DNA of 64,000 bases from Terriglobia bacterium. GTDB taxonomy: Bacteria; Acidobacteriota; Terriglobia; 20CM-2-55-15. Where the stretch lies: the NCBI GenBank assembly GCA_965263045.1, contig CBDHGK010000041.1, positions 1,909,514-1,973,513 of the forward strand, in the 5' to 3' direction. This document shows, in pieces, positions 38,145-47,959 of the stretch (position 1 is the stretch's first letter; every line of letters starts with the position of its first letter). Position numbers and translations under genes: made by a program. The notes under the pieces are model-generated. The model was not told the DNA's origin, ran no database searches, and worked only from the letters and a program-made list of their open reading frames with translations.

Positions 38145-38496
38145 CGAGTCCTCGCTCGACAACGCGTCATCGTAGTCCCGCGGGCCGAATAGATCTTCGA
38201 TTGCGGAGTCGATCGCACCAATTGCGTAAGTCATTTGAAAGTTTTCTTCGGTGGTCAGTTTGTCCATTTTGAGCCGCCTCCGTGCGGCGGGCTGGAACAT
38301 CATGTTCCGTGCCGTAGAGAATCTGTGCCCAAGATCGTCTCGGGTCACATGGGGGTCAAGCAAATTGTCGTAAAGATTTTTCGAAGGTTCGAACGAAAGG
38401 GAGCTGGAAATTATGTTGTGTATTTGCCAGTCTCCCCCGCGTCCTTCCGTTGACCTCATTTCCGGCCTCCCGTAGCATGACCCTCTGGCAGAGCCC

Positions 38497-38748
38497 ATGC
38501 AGAATGACGCAGCCCTGAAAATCGTTCTTGAGACCGTTGACCCGGCCGAGGTGGCCGTGATCAAGACTCTGCTCGAAGCCGAGGGCATTCCCTATCTCAC
38601 ACGGGGCGAGGACCGCTACGACGCGTTTCGAGGTGCGTTTCGAGGCACTGTATTCAGTCCACGGGGTCGACCGGTTACCTTTCTCGTGCCTGCCGCCATC
38701 TATGAAGAAGCCCGCCTGGTGCTCAGTGTAGGCGAGTCGCCTCTGTAG
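38497..38748 (+). CDS. DUF2007-like small protein (putative signal-transducing fold)
   Basis: VAVIKTLLEAEGIPYL pattern. ~80 aa. Confidence 0.5.
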   Translation: MQNDAALKIVLETVDPAEVAVIKTLLEAEGIPYLTRGEDRYDAFRGAFRGTVFSPRGRPVTFLVPAAIYEEARLVLSVGESPL

Positions 38749-38981
38749 GACGCGTGCAAAGGGTCCTTTCTATTTCGCTGGCTCCTGCGCCGGGTTCGCC
38801 GGTGTCGGGCCCCGCGGGCACCCGGCCCCCTTTTTTGGCGTGAAATGATCGTGTGCCGGTGTGGATCCACAGGAGCGCACCTCATCGAAGGGCACCTGGA
38901 GGCATGCCGCCTCTGGCCGTCGCCATCGACGGGAGGCAAATCGCAGTGTGCGGCAGCGATGCTGTAGGCCCCGGACAAAAC

Positions 38982-39587
38982 TCAGGGTTGGTTCGCAGCG
39001 AGGTATGCAGTCACGAACTCGTCGACGTGCCCCCTCAGCGAATTCAATACGAAGTTCGGATCACCCCCGTGCGTGCCGATGCTGCCCGTCGTCCAGGTCA
39101 CAGCCATGTTGGTGAGCACCGTGAAATCCGGATCGGTGGGTGCGAAAACGTCGCTGTCGTTGACTCTGAGGTAGTAGGCATTGCGGAAGAATGAAACCTC
39201 AACGTTGTAAGCGGACCCCACGCCGTTAATGGCGACATAGATCCATTGAGCTCCGGCATCGTCTTCCGGCAGTGGCGTTAAGTTGAGCGATTGCAGCCGT
39301 CCCTCGATCCCTGTCCTTACCTGTTCCCGGGTCAAACCGATTTCCATCAGAGCGGGGGGTACATCAGCAACGAGCAACTTGATGTTCAGGTAGTTCTCGA
39401 CTTCCAGTCCAGACCCCGACCGAGCCGCCTGCAAGGCCCGAAGTGCTTCAAAGTCAGTTCGGATGTCCCCGGACTCCCCGGAGACCCGGCCGCTATATGT
39501 TGGCTCGGACGCCGAATCCTGACTAAAAACGGGCACGACAAACAAACAGGAGGTGAGCACGACGGACAATATCAGTCTGGTATGCAT
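38982..39587 (-). CDS. hypothetical secreted protein
   Basis: Start at internal Met giving signal peptide MHTRLILSVVLTSCLFVVPVFSQ. No homology recognized. Confidence 0.4.
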   Translation of the reverse strand: MHTRLILSVVLTSCLFVVPVFSQDSASEPTYSGRVSGESGDIRTDFEALRALQAARSGSGLEVENYLNIKLLVADVPPALMEIGLTREQVRTGIEGRLQSLNLTPLPEDDAGAQWIYVAINGVGSAYNVEVSFFRNAYYLRVNDSDVFAPTDPDFTVLTNMAVTWTTGSIGTHGGDPNFVLNSLRGHVDEFVTAYLAANQP

Positions 39588-40150
39588 GGTGAGTCCTTTG
39601 TAGGCGGCCTGTATTCCTGAGGAAACCACGCTTACGTTACAGCCTGCGCGGGGCGCGTCCCAAGAGAAAACTTTTTTTGAGGCGTCGCGGGCCCCGTAGC
39701 CGCCCACGTCCATTCAACCAAACTGTTTCCTCTTCGCTCCATTGCACGATTTCCCTGATCCATCTCTGTCGTCCGGCGGCCCTGTTGAACGCCCCGCTGT
39801 TAGTCGCGCGTCCAATCCGGCCCGACGAGGAGGCTACATCGGGTCAAATCTGAGGACGCCTTAAGTCTCGCCCCGCAGTGCGAGGATGGTCCCGCCTTCA
39901 GAAATCTGTTCGAGAAAGGGCTTGTAGGCGTCTTCCATGCCGACTGTGCCCGTGCGGTCGGCGTGCTTCCGGGCATGTTGGTCGTCGTCGCCGATGGCGC
40001 GGGTGTCGATGTTTGCGATTCTATCCTGCCCTTTTGCAGTGGTAAGGGCGCGGGAGCCAACGGTTCGAAACAATCTCGATGATGGGCCGGGATGGCCAGA
40101 ACCTCCGGCAGGTTAAATTCTGCAGAGAATTTCTCCCCGTTCCCCTGCCG

Positions 40151-40996
40151 CTACGGCAGGCTTCGGAAGATACTGTCAAGGAAGCGCTCGGCGTTTCCCT
40201 GCCACGAGGCGTAAGCGGCGAGAACCCCCTCCTCCTGAATCTGGTCCGAACTCATTCCCGCGGATTTCTTCTGTCGAACCATTTCAACGGATTGATCGAG
40301 CATGGTGTGAAAACGCCGAAGGTCGTTGACATTCGCCCTGGCCGGCCCGTGGCCGGGAATGATTCTGGCGTCAGAAGCGACCTGCTCCAGAACGTCGCCA
40401 ATATTGTCGGTGTATCCGATTGCGTTTCCGCCTCCGTCGATATCGATGAACGGAAACGTCTCGACCCAGAAGTGGTCACCCAGGTGGACAACATTGGATT
40501 CGGAAAAGAAAACGATAACGTCCCCATCCGTGTGTCCAGGCGGATAATGGACGATCCGGATTTCTTCGCCGTTCATGTGCAATGAGACGGCATCATCGAT
40601 CGTGACGATCGGCCAGGCAGCCCGGGGTTGATCCATCAGACGCCGACGCACGTTGCTGTGCGCAATGATCGGGGCCAGGCTGCCGAAGAACTCGTTGCCG
40701 CCTGTATGGTCCCCATGGAAGTGGGTGTTCACGACAAAGCGGAGAGCCCCGTCGCTGATATCGGAGAGTGCGGACTCTATTCGCGGTGCGAGAGGGGCAA
40801 ACTGGTCGTCCACGATCAGGATCCCATCCTCGCCTGCCGAGACGCCGATGTTCCCGCCACTCCCCTCTATGACATGGATCGGGCCTGTCAAAGATGTTGT
40901 CCGGATCTCGACGTCGTCGAAGTTTCGCTGCGCTGCGATTTGAGCGCTCAGAGTGGCGAACAACGCACAACACACAATTACCCAAAATTTCTTCAT
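40151..40996 (-). CDS. metallo-beta-lactamase-fold hydrolase with canonical HxHxDH motif (subclass B3-like), secreted
   Basis: Signal peptide. HFHGDHTGG. SD aggaga. Confidence 0.7.
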   Translation of the reverse strand: MKKFWVIVCCALFATLSAQIAAQRNFDDVEIRTTSLTGPIHVIEGSGGNIGVSAGEDGILIVDDQFAPLAPRIESALSDISDGALRFVVNTHFHGDHTGGNEFFGSLAPIIAHSNVRRRLMDQPRAAWPIVTIDDAVSLHMNGEEIRIVHYPPGHTDGDVIVFFSESNVVHLGDHFWVETFPFIDIDGGGNAIGYTDNIGDVLEQVASDARIIPGHGPARANVNDLRRFHTMLDQSVEMVRQKKSAGMSSDQIQEEGVLAAYASWQGNAERFLDSIFRSLP

Positions 40997-41270
40997 GCCT
41001 TTCTCCTGTGCGGCCCGTAACGTTTCTGCGATTGTGACTGTAGAACCTGATGATATCCCAGATAAGACAGTTCGCTGTCAATTCGATCAGCGATCGAGTC
41101 CAGGTCACGAGCAGATTTTTCAGGCAGGGTCTTGATGGCAAGATCCCGACTGAGTCCACTAAGGACAGGGCTGTCCGACAAGCCCGTACATAACTATAGG
41201 GTACGCCTTATACACCGGTCAGAATGGTGATATCTTCAGACTCGGGCTCACCAGCTACTGGGGATATCGA

Positions 41271-43127
41271 ATGGTCATTAAGACGGGACTCCGCGCGGCA
41301 GGCCACCTGGAAGCTTACCGGGGGCGGATTTCACAAAACTTCGAATTGCCGATTCACATCGGTCGTCTGGTTGCGCAGTGGGACGAACCCGAATTCGTCC
41401 CTGCGCCGAACGCATCCCGGATGCGTGACCACGACTACGTCGTCGGCTTGGTCCACAAGGGCGTTGCCGTCGCGTTCCCCATGTGGGTAGCCGACAACTA
41501 TCACGTTATCAATTGTATGATCGCCGGGGATCCCGTGGTCTATACGACTTGCGAGCGCTGCCAGTCGGGGTCGGCTTTTCTGTCGCTTCTTGACGGCAAG
41601 CCGGTCAAGTTCAGTGCTCTCGGAATGTACAACGCCTCGCTGACGATGACCGATCGGGCCGATTTCTTACAGAGGGACGGCAGTCTGTGGCTGCACTATG
41701 AAGGTGTTTGCATCGATGGGAAACATCGCGGGACGTTCCTGGCCCAGATACCGACGTTTCATACCATGTGGGCTGAATGGAAGACGAATCATGCGGATTC
41801 GCTGGTATTGATCGAGCCTCGCGACAGGCACCATCGCGACGCGCGCCACGGGCACGGCCGTGAGGAGTACTTCGCCAGGCCCGGGATGGATCCGCCGCTG
41901 GTTCTGACGATTACCGGTGAGTTCGACGAGCGTTATCCGGAAAACGAGATCGTGCTGGGTGTCAATTCGGACGAGATGACAAAGGCCTATCCGCTGAAAG
42001 AGGTGAAGAAGAGCGGGAGTGTCGTGCATGACCGGATTGGTGACGTGCCTATCGTCGTGCTTGCAGGGCCCCGACCGGAGCAGGTCACCATGGCTGCTTA
42101 TTCTTGCCTGCTCGACGGAAGAGCGCTGACCTTTGGTCTGGACGGAGCGGCCTTCGTGGATCGGGAAACCAGGTCCATGTGGGACATCGAGGGTCTGGCG
42201 CTCGAGGGTCCGCTGGCCGGACGGCGCCTTGAGGCCCTCCGCTGGCAGTACGTCCGCTGGCACGCCTGGTTCTATCCCCACCGCGGCACCCGGCTTTATC
42301 TTCACGAGCGCACACTGCCGGCGTATCCGGGCTCCAATCCGGACGTCGGCTCGTTTCGGCCCATACTCGATGGACTGACCCGCCTGGAGCGGCCGATGAC
42401 TCTCGAGGGTGCGGTGTTCGATCTGAGCCTTCCGCATGAAGCGCCGGAGGGCCTGACCTTGCGTGTCGGCAATGACCGGCTCAATCTGTACCGTTTCAAC
42501 ATGGCCGAAGCCGCCGAGGACTATGTGCAGATGGAGGGAGCCTGGTTCTGTTTCCCGATCAGCAAGAAAGTCGGCAAAAGATACTCCCGCCGCGTGGGTG
42601 TTTTTGTGATCGAGTCGGATCCGGAGAACCAGTATGCCGACCCGTCACAGTTCGTTCGCCTTCCCGACCCGGCCATTGCCTGGTCGGACATCGTCACCGA
42701 CGTGAAATTGGACGAGATCATGCCGCCCGAGCTTCTGGACGGTGCGGGCAAGACGCAACACGGTTTCGCTGGACTCTTCGAGTGTCTGCGGCGGGCAACT
42801 TACGATGTCGTCGAAACCGCTTTTTTACCGCATACACAGTTGCGATTCGGAACATTGAACGCAGTCGCGGCGACGATCAACGCCGATCGCTTCGCCATCT
42901 ACAAGTGCCCCGATGGCGAACCGGATCCTGAAAGAGGTGCCTCATGCGATTCAGATCGATCGCTGGATTCTGCGCTCGATCCCCGCCATCATGTACCGGG
43001 ATCCCATCTACGAAATGGGACAGTTGGCCGAGAGCGAGATCCAGTGGTCCGATCTGCTGTCCGACAAGCGGTTTGCCGCCACCATCCAGTCGTATTGCCA
43101 CGGGTGACGACGGACTCTCCTGGCTAG
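41271..43127 (+). CDS. protein with two tandem DUF3179-like domains
   Basis: AFPMWVADNYHVINCMIAGDPVVYTTCERCQSG and a second repeat KAYPLKEV ... VVLAGP, resembling DUF3179. Confidence 0.5.
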   Translation: MVIKTGLRAAGHLEAYRGRISQNFELPIHIGRLVAQWDEPEFVPAPNASRMRDHDYVVGLVHKGVAVAFPMWVADNYHVINCMIAGDPVVYTTCERCQSGSAFLSLLDGKPVKFSALGMYNASLTMTDRADFLQRDGSLWLHYEGVCIDGKHRGTFLAQIPTFHTMWAEWKTNHADSLVLIEPRDRHHRDARHGHGREEYFARPGMDPPLVLTITGEFDERYPENEIVLGVNSDEMTKAYPLKEVKKSGSVVHDRIGDVPIVVLAGPRPEQVTMAAYSCLLDGRALTFGLDGAAFVDRETRSMWDIEGLALEGPLAGRRLEALRWQYVRWHAWFYPHRGTRLYLHERTLPAYPGSNPDVGSFRPILDGLTRLERPMTLEGAVFDLSLPHEAPEGLTLRVGNDRLNLYRFNMAEAAEDYVQMEGAWFCFPISKKVGKRYSRRVGVFVIESDPENQYADPSQFVRLPDPAIAWSDIVTDVKLDEIMPPELLDGAGKTQHGFAGLFECLRRATYDVVETAFLPHTQLRFGTLNAVAATINADRFAIYKCPDGEPDPERGASCDSDRSLDSALDPRHHVPGSHLRNGTVGRERDPVVRSAVRQAVCRHHPVVLPRVTTDSPG

Positions 43128-44290
43128 GCGGTCACAAACGAACGCATGCGGGCCTGGACAAAATCCTGAAGAAGGCACTGCGTCTGGCACCCGGTGCAGC
43201 GTGTCGGTTCGGGACGTGGGACTCCTGGATCGCGACGCAGGTGACGGATCATCAGGGCTGACGCGCGCTCGGCCAACTCCAGGTACCATTCGCCCGACGG
43301 GGGACGGTGGCCGTGGAACCGGGTACCGGAGGAGGGGCTCCAGACCAGCGGAATGCTTGCAACCCCTTCCTCGGCCAGCTCCTGGACGCCTTCGAGCAGC
43401 AATTCCATCGGCTCGACGCCCGCGACGAAACCCGAGTAGATCCTTCCTCCGGCACCGAAGATCTCCACCGCGACGCGCAATGCCTCTCGATACTTCTCGT
43501 AGCCGAGCCGCTTCTCCTTTCCCGGGCAGACCGCCCGGAAGAACGCCGGATCGAAGCACTCGAGGTTGAAGCCCAGGCCCCTGATTCCCTGGCGATGCAG
43601 CCGCTCCAGATCGCGGAGATTCTCGGGGGGCGTCATGATCGCCGTGCCGGGAAGCTCCGTCATTCCCATCGCTTCCCGCATGCTCTCGAGATAGGTTTCC
43701 AGAATTCCGATTTCCCGTTCCCCGGGGAGAATGCCGCCAGTGATCTCGAAGTGACGGGCCACTCCCGACTCAAAGGCGACACCGAACACCTCGCCCACTT
43801 CCGCCGCCCGCTTTTTCATCATGACTTCGTCGTACTGCTTGAAGGTGTAGTTGAGATTGCAAAAGGCGCACTGCGAGCCGTCCGCAAAGAGCACACAGGC
43901 GTTCGTGTGAGACACGGCAATGCAATCCTCACCGACAAGTTCCGCGATGCTGGTCATGGGCGTGCCGCCCGAAGTCTTCCGGTCGTAAAACGCGGGCCGT
44001 TCGAGCCACTCGAGGGTCGATAGCTCGTGTTGCCCTTTCTCGAGAATCAGCTGGTCTCCCCGACGCTGCACCCGGTACGGAGAGTGCTCGTTGAGCCGGA
44101 CCTGCACGACCGTGCCTTGCGGAAGACGCATCTCCGCCGGACAAGCCTGATCATGATGGAGGTCGAAATCGTATTCGAACAGATGATGCACCTGCTCCTT
44201 GAACTGCGTCCCAACGCCCTCGTAGGCCGCATCGGCAATCTGAATACCATCCACCAGAAGCCGGGTTTTCAACAATAGTTCTTCACGCAT
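43124..44290 (-). CDS. putative radical-SAM-like Fe-S enzyme with noncanonical Cys spacing
   Basis: CVLFADGSQCAFC (Cx9Cx2C) plus C-terminal CTGCQTQC. Start at internal Met at 44290, directly after the stop of the acyltransferase gene. Confidence 0.4.
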   Translation of the reverse strand: MREELLLKTRLLVDGIQIADAAYEGVGTQFKEQVHHLFEYDFDLHHDQACPAEMRLPQGTVVQVRLNEHSPYRVQRRGDQLILEKGQHELSTLEWLERPAFYDRKTSGGTPMTSIAELVGEDCIAVSHTNACVLFADGSQCAFCNLNYTFKQYDEVMMKKRAAEVGEVFGVAFESGVARHFEITGGILPGEREIGILETYLESMREAMGMTELPGTAIMTPPENLRDLERLHRQGIRGLGFNLECFDPAFFRAVCPGKEKRLGYEKYREALRVAVEIFGAGGRIYSGFVAGVEPMELLLEGVQELAEEGVASIPLVWSPSSGTRFHGHRPPSGEWYLELAERASALMIRHLRRDPGVPRPEPTRCTGCQTQCLLQDFVQARMRSFVTA

Positions 44291-44300
44291 GATCGTTCCT

Positions 44301-45224
44301 CTAGGGTAAAGCGAACTTTCTTCTATAACCTCGGGGCGACATATAAGTCGGGTGACGGCGGATGAAGCCCTCGATGCGTTCTGCATAGGCCTGCATCAAA
44401 TGGCTTACCTGCTGAGATCTCGACAACTCTTGTGGACACGACAGCGGCTCCTGAACCTCGATGCGGAAGCGCGCAGTCGGATCGATGCCTGCGAAGCACG
44501 GCAGGATCACGGCCCGGCTCAGCAGCCCAAGCGTGATGCCACCGGTCGGGAACGCGTATTTCTTGCCGCAAATCTCGACGGGCTGCCGGTGTTCGCCCGC
44601 GCCACCATCGCCGGCGATGTTCACGAAGCCGTTTTTCCGAAGGTGATCGTATGCCTTCTTCAAGTACTGCACGCCCAGATCTTCCTGCCCGAACAGCTCA
44701 TCGTCGTCAACATGAAATCGCGCACGACGCCAAAGCGAAAGGCGGTCTTTCAGGGACCTGCTGTCCGATTTCGGCAAGCGCATCGTAAACAGGTGATACA
44801 CCGGGTACTCCTGTGTTCGCAAGTACCACCTCAGAAGCCGTGGGAAGCCGAGATGGCTCACCAGCAGGACGACACCGTTGCCTCCCTTCCGGGCCTCTTC
44901 CAGCCGAGACCACCCGTCGATATCAAGAAACGACTCGAAATCCCGCGCATCCCGCGCCATGATGAGGGAGTTCAGATAGCGCTTGAGCTCCGCGGTCACG
45001 AACAGTTGTTTTGCCAGTCGCTGGTGATCATCCGGGGTCGTGTCATCGGGGAGCGCCTCGCGCAACCAACGATCCGCCATGACTCTCGAGTGACGTTGAA
45101 GACGATATTGCATTCGCCCTCGAAAGCGCAGCCAACGGACAATGAGCGGAAAACGCAAGCGCCCCAGAATCTCGAGCTCGAGACAAAACAACAGATACTT
45201 GGTCAATCGGAATAGGTTTTTCAT
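44301..45224 (-). CDS. LpxL/HtrB-like lipid A biosynthesis acyltransferase family protein
   Basis: N-terminal TM helix, then LVSHLGFPRL ... NIAGDGGAGE pattern of Lip_A_acyltrans. Start at internal Met at 45224. Confidence 0.6.
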   Translation of the reverse strand: MKNLFRLTKYLLFCLELEILGRLRFPLIVRWLRFRGRMQYRLQRHSRVMADRWLREALPDDTTPDDHQRLAKQLFVTAELKRYLNSLIMARDARDFESFLDIDGWSRLEEARKGGNGVVLLVSHLGFPRLLRWYLRTQEYPVYHLFTMRLPKSDSRSLKDRLSLWRRARFHVDDDELFGQEDLGVQYLKKAYDHLRKNGFVNIAGDGGAGEHRQPVEICGKKYAFPTGGITLGLLSRAVILPCFAGIDPTARFRIEVQEPLSCPQELSRSQQVSHLMQAYAERIEGFIRRHPTYMSPRGYRRKFALP

Positions 45225-45225
45225 C

Positions 45226-45930
45226 TCAAGCTCGACGGGCGAGGACCCGCCAGAAGAACGCCTTTGAAACTCGAAGCCATTCGGCGGGCCGGGCCGCGTC
45301 GCGTGAGAGGGCCAGCTCGAGCTCTTGGTGCAGGAGCGATTCGATTCGAAAAGCCCGGAAGAAGTCGCGTACCTCGCCTTCCGATGAGAAATGATGGGGT
45401 ATTCCGGCCTCACCGGCACCATTGAAGACGTGGGGAAACATGCCCGGGCTGATGTACGTGTGTGACTCCACGGATTCGCCCCGACCATACATACGATTCT
45501 CGCGGGACGGCAGCGTCACATAACAAATACCGCCGCCCCGGAGCTTGGAATGCATTAGCGCAACCATCGCCTTCACCCTTTCGGTCGTTCCATGGTAGAT
45601 GCTGTTGAATGCAATCACGGCATCGAAGTACCCATTGGGATAGGGAATATCTTCCATTTCGCCGCACCACAGGGTTGCCGTGCGCCCCTGTGACTCAAGC
45701 CATCGCCTGCATATCGTGATGCCCGAGTCCGAATGATCCATCCCGTAGGCTTCGAAACCCTGACGCGACAGGAGGTCGATATGCCTGCCGATACCGCAGC
45801 CGACGTCGAGGACTCGCGTGATCTCTTCCTTTGCTTTCCAGTCTGAGACCAGTGCCTGAACACCACGGTCCGGTATGCTCCAGAGCCGCTTGGCGCCGTC
45901 GCCTTCCCAGATTTCCTGCCACTGCTCCAT
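45226..45930 (-). CDS. class I SAM-dependent methyltransferase
   Basis: VLDVGCGIGRH (motif I). ATG at 45930 abuts the stop of the upstream ligase gene. Confidence 0.7.
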   Translation of the reverse strand: MEQWQEIWEGDGAKRLWSIPDRGVQALVSDWKAKEEITRVLDVGCGIGRHIDLLSRQGFEAYGMDHSDSGITICRRWLESQGRTATLWCGEMEDIPYPNGYFDAVIAFNSIYHGTTERVKAMVALMHSKLRGGGICYVTLPSRENRMYGRGESVESHTYISPGMFPHVFNGAGEAGIPHHFSSEGEVRDFFRAFRIESLLHQELELALSRDAARPAEWLRVSKAFFWRVLARRA

Positions 45931-45931
45931 G

Positions 45932-47407
45932 TCAGACTCGACCCGGATTTGCCGCACCGCGGAAACCGAGAACCGCCGCCCCCGGCTCGTCTCGAATCTC
46001 GATGAACCGCGGGATCTTGTACTCGGCCAGCCTCCCGCGACAGAATTCGAGTACCTCCTCCGGCGTGCACGCCTCCCGGCACACGAGGGTCGCCTTGACC
46101 GTTTCTCCGCCCAACAGCGAAGAGGCCGGTGAGACGATCGCTTCCCGGACCTTGGGATAGCTCAATAGAACGGCTTCGATCTCCGCGGGATTCACCTTGC
46201 GCCCCGCCACGTTGATGAAACTTCGGCGGCGGCCCGTGACGTAGAGACGGCCTTCGCGGTCGATGCGGCCCGAGTCGCCCGTGCGAATCCATCCGTTTGC
46301 GTCCGGCAGCCGTGTCGGCTCGAGTGGAAGATCGCCCCGGGCCGTCGACATCGACCAGGAGGCCGACGACGCGCTGCTGACGGCGATATCGCCCTCTTCA
46401 TCCTCGGGCGCCGGCTGCCCGGAATCATTCCAGATTTCCACACGAGTGCCCGGTATCGGGCGCCCCACCGAATCGGCAGTGGCCTCAGGATCGCTGTCCA
46501 TATTGACGGTCACCACGCCGGTTTCCGAACTCCCGTAACTCTGACGCAGGACGAGCCCCAGGCGGTCGTGGACCTTGACCCATGTGTCGCGATCGAGAGG
46601 CGCACCCCCGGTAACGCACAACCGCAGGTGTGACAAGTCCACGGGTTCGGGCATCGGCGTGTCGGCGAGAACGGAGAAGATGAACGGCACTGCCGACAAG
46701 AACGTAATGCGATGTCGTTCGAGCAGACGCAGGGTGTCGCGTCGTTCGAAACGTGGTTGCAGCACCAGCGTCGCGCCAGAGGCCAATGACGCCAGCAGCC
46801 CGCTGCAGAATCCCTGGCCGTGGCTCATGGGAATGGCGCACAGAATCCGGTCGTCAGGTGTGAGGCCGAGCGTCGCGCTGTAGGCCGATGACAGGGCTCG
46901 AAGGTTGGCGGACGTCCGGACGACGAGCTTCGGCCTACCCGTCGTCCCCGAGGTGAACAACGCCAGTGCGGGCCCGTCTTCGGTCGGAGATGGAACCGGC
47001 CCGCACGACTCCCTGACGGCTTCCTGTTCGGCCAGAAATAGTCGGTCGAGCACCTGGTCCTGGACGAGTCGACGACACATCGACGACCACCGATCTCCAG
47101 CCAGCAAGGTCCTGCATCGCGTCAGCTCCAGCGCTTCTCTGATCTCGGTCGCCGTCCAGTCCGGACTCAGGGGAACCGCTACGGCTCCGATGCGGGACAC
47201 GGCCAGAAATGCGCGAACGAACGGGGAACCGTTCGGGAGGATCAGAGCCACGGTATCGCCGGACTGGACGCCGCGGGCGGCGAGGTCACCCGAGAACAGC
47301 CCGACCCGTCGGTCAAGCTCTTTCCAAGTGAGCTTTTCGCTGCCGTCGACAACGGACAATGCGCACGGGCGATCGATCGCATGGCGCGAAAGTAGTTCCG
47401 TCGTCAT
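45932..47407 (-). CDS. AMP-dependent synthetase/ligase (fatty acyl-AMP/CoA/ACP ligase)
   Basis: LFTSGTTGRPK and YGSSETG motifs. ATGA overlap with the ACP gene. Confidence 0.8.
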   Translation of the reverse strand: MTTELLSRHAIDRPCALSVVDGSEKLTWKELDRRVGLFSGDLAARGVQSGDTVALILPNGSPFVRAFLAVSRIGAVAVPLSPDWTATEIREALELTRCRTLLAGDRWSSMCRRLVQDQVLDRLFLAEQEAVRESCGPVPSPTEDGPALALFTSGTTGRPKLVVRTSANLRALSSAYSATLGLTPDDRILCAIPMSHGQGFCSGLLASLASGATLVLQPRFERRDTLRLLERHRITFLSAVPFIFSVLADTPMPEPVDLSHLRLCVTGGAPLDRDTWVKVHDRLGLVLRQSYGSSETGVVTVNMDSDPEATADSVGRPIPGTRVEIWNDSGQPAPEDEEGDIAVSSASSASWSMSTARGDLPLEPTRLPDANGWIRTGDSGRIDREGRLYVTGRRRSFINVAGRKVNPAEIEAVLLSYPKVREAIVSPASSLLGGETVKATLVCREACTPEEVLEFCRGRLAEYKIPRFIEIRDEPGAAVLGFRGAANPGRV

Positions 47408-47691
47408 CCGACGCTTTCTTGCTTCGCCTCGGGCGTGTTCCCCAGCTCCCGATGAACGAGCTCGGCGAGCGTGTGCAGTGACTCGAAATGCTCGATGGTC
47501 AAGAGGCTGTCATCGAGAACGATTCCGAATTCGTGCTCGATCGTGACGACGAACTCCAAGAGCGCAACGGAGTCGAGGGAGAGCCCCTTTTTCACCAGAG
47601 CGACATCGGCGTCGATATTGCCAGGATTCGCGTCCCTCAAGACCTGCTGCAAGACGGTCTTGAGACGTTCTTCAACTGTTTTGATTTCCAA
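47404..47691 (-). CDS. acyl carrier protein
   Basis: GLSLDSVALLEFV phosphopantetheine-attachment motif. TTG start preceded by aggagg. Confidence 0.7.
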   Translation of the reverse strand: MEIKTVEERLKTVLQQVLRDANPGNIDADVALVKKGLSLDSVALLEFVVTIEHEFGIVLDDSLLTIEHFESLHTLAELVHRELGNTPEAKQESVG

Positions 47692-47959
47692 GTTTGCTCC
47701 TCCTGCGGGCCGCTCGAAGCGATTGTCCTGGCGGGATTCTAGAATACTTTTTGGTTAGCCCCCAGGATTACTAATCGAGTATAGGAGAAAGGCGCGCCTT
47801 CCCGTTATAGAATCTGGTCGGAATGGCCACTTGTGGGGTTAGGTCGCAGTCCCCGGTGGTGGGGTCGAATAAATCAACGGACTGAACCGCGCTGCGTTTG
47901 ACTGCGTGACACTGAAAACTCTGGCACACTAACTGGAGGTACGACGGTAAGACCACTCG

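Noticed and set aside
38127-38588. 153-aa minus-strand ORF ending in PPPPL
   Set aside because: The C-terminal prolines are just the translated G13/C13 homopolymer. There is no start context or homology. Treated as intergenic/promoter sequence for the NYN gene.
40593-41159. 188-aa minus-strand ORF overlapping the MBL gene start
   Set aside because: It overlaps the 5' end of 40151-40996 in another frame, and the Arg-rich composition marks it as spurious.
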